Assembly (NCBI GenBank): GCA_008632985.1
Contig: QPGO01000001.1
Span: 900,404 to 964,403, forward strand
Origin: Psammoneis japonica
Taxonomy: Eukaryota
DNA: 64,000 bases
Reading direction: 5' to 3'
Under the pieces are notes generated by a model, which saw only the letters and a program-made list of their open reading frames with translations, was not told the DNA's origin and ran no database searches. Shown here piece after piece: positions 38,077-50,838 of the stretch. The stretch's first letter is position 1. The number at the start of each line of letters is the position of its first letter. A program made the translations under genes and the position numbers.

Positions 38077-38929
38077 TGTTACGACAGAGCGATTTCGAGC
38101 GTTGAATCCCTGAGGATTTGAATTTTGTTTGATTAATTTTTCAAGAGTAGAGAGGAGTTTTTTCCCAGTGAGTAGGACTAGAGAAGCAATGTCATTTTCA
38201 GGTAAAGGCCTCAAACAATGTAGAATTACTCTTCACCGTCATTCACAATCATCGCTTCCAACTCGTTCACAAGGCACAACACACTCTCTTTTGATTGTAC
38301 ATTATGAGTCCAAAGCCCGCAGATTCGATTTAATTTCTTCCATGGATTTAGCGCGTAGGGATCGGTTTTTCGAAAAGAGAGATTGTTGTCGTCCCGACCA
38401 AATCTCTAAATCTCCCTTGTCTGGGGTGTGTGCGGTCACAATCACTCGAATAGGATATTTGTCTATCCGATTCTCACGAATGATCGATTTTGGGTAAACG
38501 TCACGAACGCAGGATGCCGCTGTCCTGTATTCTTGGCCCCCTCCGTCTCAGTTGCGGCTCTGAAAAAAGAAAAAGGCAAAATTTCAAATATTAGAATACC
38601 ATGGTAGATTGGTTCGTGCGTGGCCGCAGTGAGACACAAACTATTGCTCGAGCATGCTTTCCAGAAACAGAAATTCCGGCAGCAGTAAGTGTGCAGTCGC
38701 CCTGCAAGTGCTTCTACAGTACTTACATAGGTGATGGTGAAAGTAGTGTCTGTCGATGACATGGTTTTGTGCTGTTGGTTCTTCTGTTCGTTATCAGAAG
38801 TTGTTGTCGCCAATCGTGTTTGTTGGGAGCCCATCGAAAGAAAGAAAAGCGACGAGAGAATGACCAAAGTTAAAAGTGCCGATCGCTCAAAAAAAGTGGC
38901 GGGAAAACGAGCGAAACGTGGCGCGGCGG

Positions 38930-39025
38930 TGACGTCAACTAATCATACTATTTATTAAGTTTAAGGCGCTTGAACTTCAGAATCCTTGAACGGACGCATG
39001 ACGGGCGGGCAATAAAATGACGTCA
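38930..39025. promoter_or_regulatory. Two TGACGTCA (CRE/bZIP-type) palindromes upstream of the HPP gene
   Basis: TGACGTCA at 38930 and 39018, plus TGACG half-sites near 38999, 39031 and 39080. Confidence 0.4.
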
Positions 39026-39191
39026 TCGGCTGACGCCCGAAATTTCAAAAACTTGAAATTGCGCATGACACCATTTTTTTGACGCCTTCAACCACGTTCT
39101 TTGACAATGATGGCAAGAAATAAGAAGCGTGGACACAAGTGACAAACGACAGAGAAGCGTTTGAGAGTGGATTGAGGGAAAATATTGCAGA

Positions 39192-40896
39192 ATGAGTGGT
39201 GCAATTATTGTGACAGAAGAAACGGATGAACACGCGAATGATTTGGTGCTGGACGCTTCGTCCTCCAGCATGTATTTGCCGACACAAACAAGACGCGTTG
39301 TTATTCCAGATGTAATGATGTCGTCCGAACAAAATGATCAATTTCTGGACAATGTGCTGTCTCAAACCGGAGAGAATTCCTTCGGTGTAGCGGCCATTGA
39401 AGTTTATACCTTTGAAGATTCTACTAGCAGCAGAGGACGATTAATTCAGATTGGTAGCTGGCGACACGAACAGGGTGTTATTAGTGATGCTACCGACAAG
39501 ACGAAGAAAAGTGTCTCCCCCGGTGTGTGTCTAGTTGGAACGCTATGGGCCGAAGCAGGCGGACGAGATAACGCTGGTGGGCTACGGCGAAACAATTCTT
39601 CGATTGGATCATTCTTGATGCGAAAGGGTAGTTCTCTCTCCTTGGGCGATAGCAACAACTCGGGTCGTCCATCTGCCGCGGGTATCAACAATATTGTCTC
39701 GAAACGTAAAAGGAGTAGATTGGTGTGGCGGGATCTTAAGACCATAATGAACGATCCGGATGCCGTGATTCAGGATGGTGACAAACTGACAGAGCTATGC
39801 GAGTCGGGAGTGGCAAAAGCCGCTGGTGTTTGCTTTGAATACAACAACGGCAACAAAGGCATGGTGGTATACTACACCCAAGATGGAGTCGATAATGAGC
39901 CATTGCAGGGCTCAGAAAATGAAACGTATTTGCAAAGGACTGCCGCATTGATTGGATCAATTTTGGACGTGGCCGAATCGAGAAGAGCTTGCGTGGCGTT
40001 TCGGAGGCGGCATTGTAACATTGATGGTGAAGACCAGAAGGACGTTGAAGAAAGTGTAAACGAAGAAAAAGTCTGTGTCGAGGGAGCCAGAGCGGTTGAG
40101 GATTCATCCTCATCAGTCACTCAACAGGATTCGTCGTCCGGTCGATGGTCTTGGATATCACTACGCGCCAGCATCAAGTGTTGGCTCCACAAGTTCCGCG
40201 GTGGCGGAGCTCAGATTCCTCCGAGTAGGTCTTGGGATGAAAGTGCCTGGACTCTGGTGGGCGCTTTCACAGGGCTGCTAGTCCTCTCGTCTCTGAATGA
40301 GCTATTTCATTTCGTTTCCGATTCGGAATACTTCTTGCTGATGGGACCGTTTGGTGCGCTCATGACTTTGCAATATGGTCTGACGGGTGCTCCGGCGAGC
40401 CAACCACGAAACGCAGTCCTTGGTCAAATTGTAGCGGGTGCAGTTGCATTGTCTTTTACATACATTCCAGACTCGATCATGCCAGTATGGATCCGACAAG
40501 CCGTGGCTCCTGCATTCTCCATTGCCGCCATGGTCAAGTTGGGAATACCGCATCCTCCGGTGAGTAGTATTTGAAACAAATAGTCTGTCTATACATTCAC
40601 CGTCAGTTCTGGTCTTTCTCATATAATATATCTTTTGATGCATTCAGGCCGGAGCGCATTCTGTAATATATGCGGAAGGAAAGTTCAACTGGGGCTTTTA
40701 CGGTCTTGTAGTCCTTTGTAGTGCAGTTTCCATTGCTCCGGCTACGATTGTGAACAACATGAGCCAAAAGCGGCAATATCCCATCTACTGGGGATACATC
40801 TCCGACGCGGTGGCAAAGCAATGGAAGAAGGACAAAAAAGCTAAGAACGATGCGACAACTGAAACGGAACGCAGCTCGTTGCATTCAGTACCATAG
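39192..40896 (+). CDS. HPP-family membrane protein with long soluble N-terminal domain; 2 exons (39192-40559, 40648-40896)
   Basis: GPFGALMTLQYG, APASQPRNAVLGQ; splicing gives HPP|AGA; C-terminal RQYPIYW. Confidence 0.9.
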
Positions 40897-41404
40897 TCGG
40901 GAACAAACCATGGAAAGCATGGATAGTCATGGAATTGCTAAATTATTTTGCTCCCGCGAGAATGAAACATGTGATGTGTCCCCTCTAGACTCTACTAACA
41001 TAGTAACCTTCTGCCTTGTCCGTTCGGTGCATTTTACCAATAGAGAGAGGCGTTTGGACGCCCTAGCAATTTCGACAAGCGCAACCTTACCAACTTTGAC
41101 GGGTGTTCTTAATGATCCCTCAAGGCTTTGCGCTAGAACGTTAGTAGAATGGGGAAGGTAGCGCTTTGCTAGTCTATACGGTGCGAAGCTGAAGTTTCTA
41201 CTAACACACCACAAGTGACAATGGACACACAATATTGGTTTAGGTTAGCTCTACATGTGGAACAACTGATATAAGCACTGTCAAACGAAGTTACAGATGC
41301 CGACACTCGTATCCACCAGCACCACTTGTGACGTGCTGAGACTCCAAGGCTCTACAACACCAACAAATACATTCTCAGAGATGATTCTCAAGAATAAAGA
41401 CGCT

Positions 41405-42286
41405 TCAACAAACTAGGGCCCTACGCGCCATTGAATGGACACAATCATTTTTCCCTTCGTATTTACGCTCGGCTGCGGCTGCTGCGACACTTCCACCCTT
41501 TTTCGTGATTTCTGCCTTGGCTTGTTCATTGCTCGAGGACAAGTGACGCAGGAAATAAAGTGCCTCTTCCTGGACATCTTCATCTTCAATGTTGTTGTCC
41601 ATGGCCGTAATCACAGGATCCACAGCGACCAACAGCTCAGCGGAAGAGGTTGGGAGGATGAAGTCAAGACACTCGATGGCGTTCTCAAGCAAGCGAGGTG
41701 CAGCTCCATGATTTTTAATTGCAGCCACAACGACGCCAATGCATCCGGCTCCAACAGCTTTCTTTACATCTTCGCACAAAAGATAAGTAAGAGCATGACA
41801 ACCACGTTGCTGCAACTTTCCTTTCTTGGGAAACTGCTTCATGGCGTGCACAATGGCATCAGGAGCATCAGCCGCATTGAATTTCTTTTCGAAAATATCA
41901 TCATCGTGAGCCGTATCGGCAAAGACACCAATAAGTTCGCATGCTTTTGATTTGATGTTATACGACTTTGCCGTGTTCAAAGCGTGCACAAGATTTTTGC
42001 AAATGTCAGTGCCTTTGAACTCTCCAAGGATGTCGTCACGGATCTCTTCTTCGTCTTGATTGAGAAGGTCCAGAATGTAGTCAATCGTTTTTTCCGCACT
42101 GCTATGATTGAGTAGCTTTTCCACCATGGCAACATTCGTTTTTGGTGGAAGTGCATCCATCACTTCAAAAACAGAATCATCATCATCATCCTCGCTTTCC
42201 CCAACAACGCGACGACGTGCGTTTGGCGGTGGTGCCTCCTCCTCATCTCCGGCATCCACAGCGGCTCTCTTCTTCAAAGTTGACAT
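41405..42286 (-). CDS. Armadillo-repeat-like protein
   Basis: IVHAMKQFP...LQQRGCHAL, GCIGVVVAAIKNH, VITAMDNN...VQEEALYFL. Confidence 0.85.
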   Translation of the reverse strand: MSTLKKRAAVDAGDEEEAPPPNARRRVVGESEDDDDDSVFEVMDALPPKTNVAMVEKLLNHSSAEKTIDYILDLLNQDEEEIRDDILGEFKGTDICKNLVHALNTAKSYNIKSKACELIGVFADTAHDDDIFEKKFNAADAPDAIVHAMKQFPKKGKLQQRGCHALTYLLCEDVKKAVGAGCIGVVVAAIKNHGAAPRLLENAIECLDFILPTSSAELLVAVDPVITAMDNNIEDEDVQEEALYFLRHLSSSNEQAKAEITKKGGSVAAAAAERKYEGKNDCVHSMARRALVC

Positions 42287-42624
42287 GATACTACCACGTT
42301 TCTCTCTATAAGAGTAGTTTGATTGTATGATACAATTGAACCAGTCGAGCGACGTCAATAACAATGACAGCAGCTTTTTCAAGATCCGCGGCGGCGGGAA
42401 TCGGCGACTGTGATTCACGTGGTTTGATTTATCCGACTCAATCGACGATTCATTTTAGCGCGCGGAAAGACGCAACATCATGGAAACTCCATAAAAACAA
42501 CAAAACGCACAAAGGGAAGCGATAGACAGGTGAGAGAGATTGCGAAGAACGCGACGAAACCGAATTATAGTTGAATGCGATGAAACAGAAGTGTTGCTCC
42601 ATGTTGTTTGAGCTTCTGTCGCAA

Positions 42625-44184
42625 ATGGTAGTTTTGGTTTTACGCTATTTCTTTTTGATCTATGCATTATCTATTCGACTGGTTAGCTGCGATGATTCGT
42701 GCATGAATGCCATGCGCAGTACCCGTCGGAACGATGATTCGGTTTCAATCGTACAGAACAACCAGCGGTATGAAACCGAAGTAAAAGCTCTAGCGCCAAT
42801 CCCTTGGAACTGCGAGCAGTCGTCAAGTCAATATTCTCTCACTATTCCCCATAGCAGAATCTACAAAAGAGGCGATGCATTTTGTCTTCAAGATGACAGA
42901 CGTTTCGGCCTAGACAACAATGGATACTTGACGTATTACGTGGGATCGACTCTAGTGTGGTCGCCTATCAATAGCACCGGTGAGGGAAGTTGGTGGATCT
43001 TTCAGGCCAACGGAAATCTTGTAGTATATAATGCCTCTCGAGCAGTGTGGTCCTCTCACTGGGATGGTTCTTACAGAAAGACGTCGTCCTCACAACTCAT
43101 CATGTCAACAGCAGGCCTAGCGATTCAAAAGAATGGCGACGCTCTATGGGGTGTACTACTTGGCAGCGAGTTTCTAGCTTCTGGTAATCTCTTTTACCTC
43201 GCCTACTACTATTCTTGGTATTTGGAAGGTGATTGGTCTCGGCACGAAGTTCAAGATGTTCCGCTCTTGGGGTACTACGGGACAGATTCTCCGACAATTG
43301 CTGAGCAACACATCGAGTGGGCGCTTCGGGCGCGTGTCTCTTCGTGGGTAGTATCGTGGTGGGGGAATGATAGATTGTCCAAACGCCATTTTGATCAAGG
43401 TATGCTTCGAGCAAGAAACATTGGTCAGATCAAATTTTGTATACTTTACGAGTCGATGATTCTAAAGGATTATAGCTTCTTGGACGGATCAGCGCAGAAC
43501 AAGCTTCGCAACGATTTACTTGCCATCCAAAGTGACTATTTCAGTCATCCATCGTATCTTCGATTGAATGGGAGACCGGTCGTTATCCTTTATATTACAC
43601 GGTCCGTCTTTGGGGAAGGCTTTGACCGTGGTGTATTGGAAATGCTCCGCAATGCTCTGAATGACGACATCTATTTCATTGCAGACGAGCCTTTCTTTGG
43701 AAACGGCAATGATTATCCTGCAACATCGGCTAATGGGTTACACCCTCTCGACGGAACTCCGATATTTGAAGCATACACAACCTACAATATGTTTCAGAAT
43801 GTGCGAGTAAGGCCGGGCGAGACAGCGTCCGATTACATGCTCCGAGAAGCCATGCCCATTTTCCACAGGTGGGCGAACGAAACGCTCTTTTTTCCAAACG
43901 TCCTGCCCATGTACCACGACTTTCGTGGTAAGGAGCCCTTGGTGGGCAATCCCGAGGACTTTTTGCGGCAACTTCAGGCTGTATCGTGTTTGCCCAAACC
44001 TACAAATAATAGTATTCCAAACCTGGTCTTTGTGACATCATTCAACGAGTGGTGGGAGGGCAGTCAGATCGAGCCCGACAGCCAAAATCGCTACGCCTTT
44101 AACTTTATCGATGCCTTGGCTCGATTCAAGGATACAGTGGACTTGAATGGCTACTTCTGGTGTCAAGACAGCGCACCTCCGTGA
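42625..44184 (+). CDS. Secreted bulb-type-lectin plus GH99-like glycoside hydrolase
   Basis: Signal-like N-terminus; FQANGNLVVYN...VWSS (B-lectin QxDxNxVxY-like); AYYYSWY, VSWW, YFSHPSYLRLNGRP, TSFNEWWEGSQIEP. Start codon uncertain. Confidence 0.85.
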   Translation: MVVLVLRYFFLIYALSIRLVSCDDSCMNAMRSTRRNDDSVSIVQNNQRYETEVKALAPIPWNCEQSSSQYSLTIPHSRIYKRGDAFCLQDDRRFGLDNNGYLTYYVGSTLVWSPINSTGEGSWWIFQANGNLVVYNASRAVWSSHWDGSYRKTSSSQLIMSTAGLAIQKNGDALWGVLLGSEFLASGNLFYLAYYYSWYLEGDWSRHEVQDVPLLGYYGTDSPTIAEQHIEWALRARVSSWVVSWWGNDRLSKRHFDQGMLRARNIGQIKFCILYESMILKDYSFLDGSAQNKLRNDLLAIQSDYFSHPSYLRLNGRPVVILYITRSVFGEGFDRGVLEMLRNALNDDIYFIADEPFFGNGNDYPATSANGLHPLDGTPIFEAYTTYNMFQNVRVRPGETASDYMLREAMPIFHRWANETLFFPNVLPMYHDFRGKEPLVGNPEDFLRQLQAVSCLPKPTNNSIPNLVFVTSFNEWWEGSQIEPDSQNRYAFNFIDALARFKDTVDLNGYFWCQDSAPP

Positions 44185-44495
44185 AATACTGATCCATAGA
44201 TCTCAAACAGCAGTGTTATCCGTGATTGGGTTAGTTTTGGCACTTTATGAACGATTTGGTCCTGCGGAGTGAATGCGCGAATCTGTAGGCCGAGAAACAA
44301 CAGCTACGGAGCGCTATGCAGCAAGTTGATGGTGATAGGCGGGCAGCAGTGCATAGGAGCATAAGGAGTGCAGCCTAGAGTTCCGTGTTTGTTGCGGAAA
44401 AAAGCAAATGCATAAACGCATCAGTTGTTTCTACTGTAAAATATAAGATCAACTACGCCAAGTCAAAACCCGCGCCCAACTCCCAGCTACGAAGC

Positions 44496-47400
44496 TCACT
44501 TTGCATTCTTCCGTTGATTCTTCTTCCCCTTCCTTTGCCGTGCTTCGCTTCCCTTGCGCCCACCCTTACATTTCTTCTCTCCTTTCCTTTTATGAATCGG
44601 ACCAAACAGAGCCGTCAGTGGATTTCCTTTCCGGTTCCCGCCTTTCAAGCCTTTTACCGACGACCCATTATTCTGGCCTTTCCCGGCCGCCACTGCGCGC
44701 TTCTTCCGGCTAACGCCATATCCAGCCATGATACGTCCAGCTTCGTCGTCGTCATCCAGACTATCCTCATTGTAGTTTCGTTTCCTCTTTTTGTTGGCCT
44801 TGTCTTTCTTGGCAAACACATGGCCTTGTTTTATGGAATGAACTGGATTCGCTGGCTTTGTCTTTTGCCAATCGGTAGCTTTTCGAGTGCACAACTGCCG
44901 GTCACGTCGCAGGAGAGACGCATGAATAATGCTACCGAGCAAGGATTCGTCGCGACTATTGTCGCACCCGGACATGAGTCGTTCCCAGCAAATGCTGAAT
45001 AGACGAATACAATGATCTAGATTGAAGACGGGTTTGAAATCTGCGAATCCGCCGCTTCTGCAGCACAGAGTAACATTGTTGGAGAGGCGAGTAGCGGCAC
45101 CGCTGTCTGCATTGGAAATACCACGGCTGCCCTTGTATCGAAAGAAAAAGGTCAAGAGGACTTCAGACGGCCGGTCGGATCCACCGAGAGCCAGGTGTTG
45201 CTCGAGCTTTTTTTCGTTTGAATCGAAATGAATCAGTCGTTGTTAGGATCATCCAATCAAGGCGAAATTGATGCATTGATTGAGTCATCGTTCAGGGAAC
45301 TTACGTGATGAGCGACAAGTACATAGAGTTTGTAGCTACCCAGCCCACCAGAGAATGGCTTGTCGAGATTCTGCTGGATTAGCAGTATCTTTAGAAGTAG
45401 AACTACAGCGGAAAAGCTGTCGTAATGCGCAAAACAATACGATCCGAAACAAACCGGTTGGTACAAAGATTAACAAAGTTCATCCACGACATCAATGAAT
45501 CGTCATTCGCTACACTCTACCTTTTGTACTTTTCAGCCTGCGTGGAAGCGTACTGGCTTGTATCTGTGCCATTGTGTCCTCCAATGGCAACATCGGCCTC
45601 AAACCCAAGATGTGTTGTCATGGCAATGATGGGAACACGAGCAAACTTGCGCACCTCGACTTGTTGTGTCAAGCTACTTTTTTGCATCTTGCGTCCGAGC
45701 GACTTGAGAGCACTAACCACAAGTTTTCGTGCTTCACCCGTGGGTCCAATGACCGGTTGTTGTTGCTGGGGTGGTGGTGCGCCATGCGATACAAACGACA
45801 CGGTCATGTCGGAAGTATCACCTAAACCGTCGGTTTCTTCGTTGTCACTATTGGCACAAGATGAGGCTACATCACTCATGGCACCTTGCTCTTGCATTTG
45901 TTGCAGGACGAGCGCTTTCCAACGCGCGCCGTCTTCCTCATCATGCTCGGAATGCAAATCTGACAAGGTTCGTTTGCGTGACCGACGAGAGAAGGCCTGC
46001 ATCTTGTCGGCACTATCTGCATCACTGCTCCCACTGCCATTATTGTCTTCGTTATCGGAATTGTCACTGTCAGAACATAGATCCAAAGCAGTTTGAGACG
46101 ACGAACCGGGCTCACCAGTTGGTGGCGCTGTAGTGATTATATCTGACTTTGACGCTGGCTTTGTCGAATCGTCTAGTTCTGCAGTCGCACGCAGGCTCTC
46201 ATCCGTTTCTGCGGTAGCGAGTGAGGCGTCAAGACTGGGTACTTTGACGGTCTGATCGAGCAGATTATGCTCTACAATGTCAGTCTCGCCTTGTAAATTA
46301 TCCTTTTCTCCATTCAAAGTATTACTGTTGGGAAGAGTCCCGCCTGCTTCAATCGTAAAGGGTGGTTCATCTCCGCCTGACTTGTTTGGATTACCATGGT
46401 CGGTAACGGTACTTGTTCCAGCCTCTTGCTCCACGGACGTATCTATAACATCAACCTTACCAGGGACAATCCCCGATTCTCCAATCAAAGTACTACGACT
46501 GCTGGGCAGAGCCACGCTTGCTTTAGGAGGCGAGGCATCTTGATTCGACTTGTCTTGATTCCCATTCTTCTCCAAACCCGATTCATTCTTTGGCTCTCCA
46601 GCATTTGCCGACTCAACGGGACGTTTCATCCATTCTTCAGCCAAGTCACTGATACCGGGCGAATTTCCACATGACTCCTTAGCAGGAGGCAAAGACTCGG
46701 AATCTAATTTTCCAGCCATGCTCTCCTTACTGGATTCAGCGTCCAGTTGGTGGTGCACCGAGGTGAGTCCAGTACTATTCGCCGACCCAACGGTAGCTTG
46801 CATATTATTTTCTCCATTGATACTTGGAAGAGTATGCTGCTCATTTGCTTGGACGACGTGTGCATCAGGAGTTTCATCACGAGTCGTCAATGATGCTTCT
46901 TCATCGTCAACCGGATCGTCAATCACAATGGCCGTTTCTTCCGACACACCCATTACGGAAATGAGTTGAAAACCAGCCGTGGTTGTTGTACTGTCCTTGT
47001 TGTTGTCCGTATCGTTGTCAGCATTTTTCGCAGTGGCGTCCAAGTCTGCTTCATCCATACTGTTGTTGGTAGTACTATTGCTCTCGACGACACCATCCGT
47101 AGTGGCAGCAGCAGCAGCAGCATCCGACGTTGATGACTCGGACGTGCTTTCTTCTGTAACAATGGCAGCATCGTGTTCTGCCAAGGCACTTCTCCACTGT
47201 TGAATTCGTGCTTCTCGCTTGTGAGCTGCAGCAATGGCTGTTGGTACGACAGCTTCCATGACGGCGTGTGGATCATCATCACCGCTTTCACTCTTACGCA
47301 TGCGTTTTTTTGGACAAGACTCATTGTTGTTGTTTTGTTCCTCATTCTGAATAATAGACTCTTGCTCGTCTACGGGCACAACACCCCACAAGGCTAAATC

Positions 47401-47997
47401 AACATCACTGGCAAAACAACAGACAGGTGGTGTTGCGTGTGATCCAAAGGCTTCTACACGAATCTGTTGTTGCTGGCTGTTGTTGTTTTTCTTGTGAAAC
47501 AAGCTCACGGCCGTATCGGTCACGTGTTGAATGAGATACGCCCGAGCTTGATCTTCTTGTGGTGTCAGTCGAACATAGGAAGCAAACGACAAGAGCTCTT
47601 GATCTAATTTTGCAAGAGCATCTTCGGATATGTGACTTGTTGGGAGTTTAGATTTCGTTTCATCCAGAGATTGAGAGACAGCAAGAGTAGTACTTTCTGT
47701 ACTCCTCAAGTTCTTGCTGTACCACGGCATGTCTCTCCAAGACGCATTCTTGTTTATACGTGGAGGCAGTTGTAACTGAAAGACTGGTTTCTTCTTTTCC
47801 TGCGTCTTTTTCTTTTGCTGCGCGTTTTTCTTGTCTTGCTTCTTTTTCTTATTCTTTTTCAACTGTTTCTTTGCCGCCTTTGCTTCGGCTTTTTTCTTTT
47901 TCAAAAGTGCAGCAGCGCTTTTCTTCTTGGGGGCAGCCTTATTGCGTTCGGCGCTGTCGGTTTCCTTTTGCTTTTTTGAAGTCTTTTTTTGAGCCAT
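44496..47997 (-). CDS. Non-canonical poly(A) polymerase / terminal nucleotidyltransferase (Trf4/PAPD5-like); 3 exons (47997-45521, 45416-45305, 45206-44496)
   Basis: FGSHAT...SDVDL, ARVPII...EADVAI, LLKILLIQQNLDKPFSGGLGSYKL; GT-AG introns keep the frame. Confidence 0.88.
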
Positions 47998-48768
47998 GAT
48001 AGAGTAGTAGCTGTTGTATGGATGGGTGGCGTTGTTGTTTTGTACTGGTATGGGTAGTAATAACAGCAAGAAGAAGAAGAACAACAACAATAACTTGTTG
48101 TGATCGTCGTTTCCGTTATTTTCGTCGTGTTCAAAATAATAATGACGCGAGCAATGGTTGGGAGCATTCTGCGTACTGGTTGGTACAAAAGCTACGTACG
48201 TATTTGCTACGAGAAAATCTTACATGCGTACAATCCTACTGTACCGATACCACAGCGACCTCGCACCTCGCGCGCACTCGCACCTCGCACAATCAATCAA
48301 CACATCATACCGGTACGTACAGCACAATCAACACAGCGCTGCCGCAATTCGTTGTCACAGTGACAAAGACACCATGTCGTTACTGTCGATAGCAGTCACC
48401 ATCTATTGTTTGCATTCATTGTCTGGACTCGTGAGATCTTTTCTTGCTGAATTCGTGGAGACAAGAGTGTCGTGCATCCAGAATGGAGGACGACGCATCT
48501 GCCAGAATCGAGAGTGCAATGGCAGACGTGTTCCAGCTCTAGGTGGGACCTCGCACTGCTGAACTGTGACACAATTATTTTTTATCATCCGTCGTATGTT
48601 TCGCACGTACATTTCTACGTGTTCTATTATAAAAAATTGTTCCACACTGCCTGTTTTGTGAAGCCAAAGGCTTTCTGTTGTCTGCACTTGTGTCAACAAA
48701 AATGCGCTGGGCACATTCTTTGATGTCTAAAGAACACACCCGGGCATGCTGCAAAGAATGTACTTCAA

Positions 48769-50838
48769 GTGTGGAGGAGGAGACACGTTCGCAAAATTGC
48801 CTCTTTTTCTGTTGGCGATCATTCATGTGTCCATTGCTTGACAATTTTGCTGCGGAGCTCGCACGTAGAATTCTGCAGGCCCAATGTCACAAAAAGTCCC
48901 ACCCAGGACTGGAGCCCGTCGGCACGAGCTGCGGGACTTTCAGAGGAGGTGTTGTCATCAAGCGAACATCTCCAAATTGAACCAGGATGTGAAGGATGTG
49001 TCAATGCCAGAGAAATTGACCTTTGCTGCAACATTGCATTGGCTGAATTGCCGCCCGAGATCGGCATGTTGCACCGACTGGTGAAGTTGGACTTGAGTTG
49101 TTGCGTGAGTCTCCAGCAACTGCCTTCAGAGATTGGGCGATTGACGAACCTCGAAGTGTTGTGCACTGGATTTTGCAGCACACTGACTGAGTTGCCTGAT
49201 GAGATCGGCATGTTGCGCCGACTGGTGAAGTCAGACTTGAGTGGTTGCGCGAGTCTCCAGCAACTGCCTTCAGAGATTGGGCGATTGATGAACCTCGAAG
49301 TGTTGCACTTGATGCGTTGCTCGAGTCTCCAGCGACTGCCTTCAGAGATTGGGCGATTGACGAACCTCGAAGTGTTGGACTTGATTTGTTGCTCGAGTCT
49401 CCAGCGACTGCCTGCAGAGATTGGGCAAATGACGAACCTCGAAGTGTTGCACTTGATGTGTTGCTCGAGTCTCCAGTGACTGCCTGCAGAGATTGGGCGA
49501 TTGACGAACCTCAAAGTGTTGGACTTGGGCAGTTGCTCGAGTCTCCAGCGACTGCCTGCAGAGATTGTGCGATTGACGAACCTTAAAGTGTCAGACTTGG
49601 GCAGTTGCTCGAGTCTCCAGCGACTGCCTGCAGAGATTGGGCAAATGACGAACCTCGAAGTGTTGCACTTGACATGTTGCTCGAGTCTCCAGCAACTGCC
49701 TGCAGAGATTGGGCGATTGACGAACCTCAAAGTGTTGGACTTGGACAGTTGCTCGAGTCTCCAGCGACTGCCTGCAGAGATTGTGCGATTGACGAACCTC
49801 AAAGTGTTGGACTTGGGCAGTTGCTCGAGTCTCCAGCGACTGCCTGCAGAGGTTGGGCGATTGACAAGCTTGAGGGAGTTGCGATTGAGGCACAGTGAGT
49901 TCCAACGACTGCCTGCAGAGTTTGGGCCATTGACGAATCTCGAAGTGTTGGGCCTTGTGGGCAGCAATGAGCTGGCCGAGTTGCCTGATGAGATTGAACG
50001 CCTGACAAACTTGAAGGAATTCCGAGCAACTGCTCTTGAGCTCCAACGACTGCCTCGTAGTTTGCTCCAGCTCTCGCGTCTTGAAGAGCCATGTCTGTCA
50101 CATTGTGAAAGTCTGGAGGGGCTGCCAAATGACATTTTCCGTTTAAGAAGTTTGAAACGCATGGTGTTGTGCAATTGCAGCTCTCTCACTCGGCTGCCTC
50201 CGGGAATTGGACAGTTGCATCAATTGGAAGACCTCCGGATTTCCGATTGCCACAGTCTCGCTGAAATTCCTGTCGAGATTCTACGTCAGCTGTGTAAGCT
50301 GGAAACTCTCCACTTGCGTGGCTTGTCACATTGCGCACGAGATTTCTTGCAAAACATTGGCACAAACAGTCTGTTGAATCTGAAACGCTTGGCTTTGAGT
50401 TATCTTGATCTTGAAGAGCTGCCTCCCGCATTGGGATCGCTTTGGAACCTAAAAAAGCTGAGAGTGCAGAACTGTAAGAATTTGACTCGCATTAGCAAAG
50501 AGGTTCTATCGCTGCCGAGCCTCAAAAGTCTCGATTTGCGTGGCTGTTCTGCGCTCACTATTTCGCCCGAGGAAATCGGCGAGGCTTCGTATTCGATTGA
50601 AAGGGTGATCATGCCCACCGATGAGTCTCAAGATGAAATGGACTGCTACTGCAGAATGAACCGTGCCGGACGACACCTACTGCGTCGAGAAAATGGAGTT
50701 CCTGATGCTCTCTGGCCGCACGTGTTGACTGGTCGTCAAAGTGACGATAACTTTGTGTTTTGGTTCTTAAAGCACAACCCGAACTTTGTCAAGAATCGAG
50801 TTGACAAAAGAGGAGTCAAGAGAGCTCGCGAAGAATAG
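48769..50838 (+). pseudogene. Leucine-rich-repeat protein with 72-bp tandem units; premature stop; hypermutated
   Basis: Repeated LPAEIGRLTNLxVLxLxxCSSLQR. TGA at 49477-49479 where sister units have CGA. C-terminal RMNRAGRHLL...W..VL...FWFLKHNP. Start uncertain. Confidence 0.88.

Noticed and set aside
44496..47997. Trf4-like nucleotidyltransferase as the effector of the hypermutation
   Set aside because: This family tails RNA. Nothing in the sequence links it to DNA transitions, and proximity is not evidence in a eukaryote.
48819..50189. 456-aa minus-strand repeat ORF
   Set aside because: Antisense shadow of the LRR array, kept open by the absence of TA.
48870..50280. RNA editing of retroelement intermediates as the cause
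   Set aside because: Changes are on both strands and affect a non-retro LRR gene and non-coding tandem repeats. Not formally excluded but unlikely.
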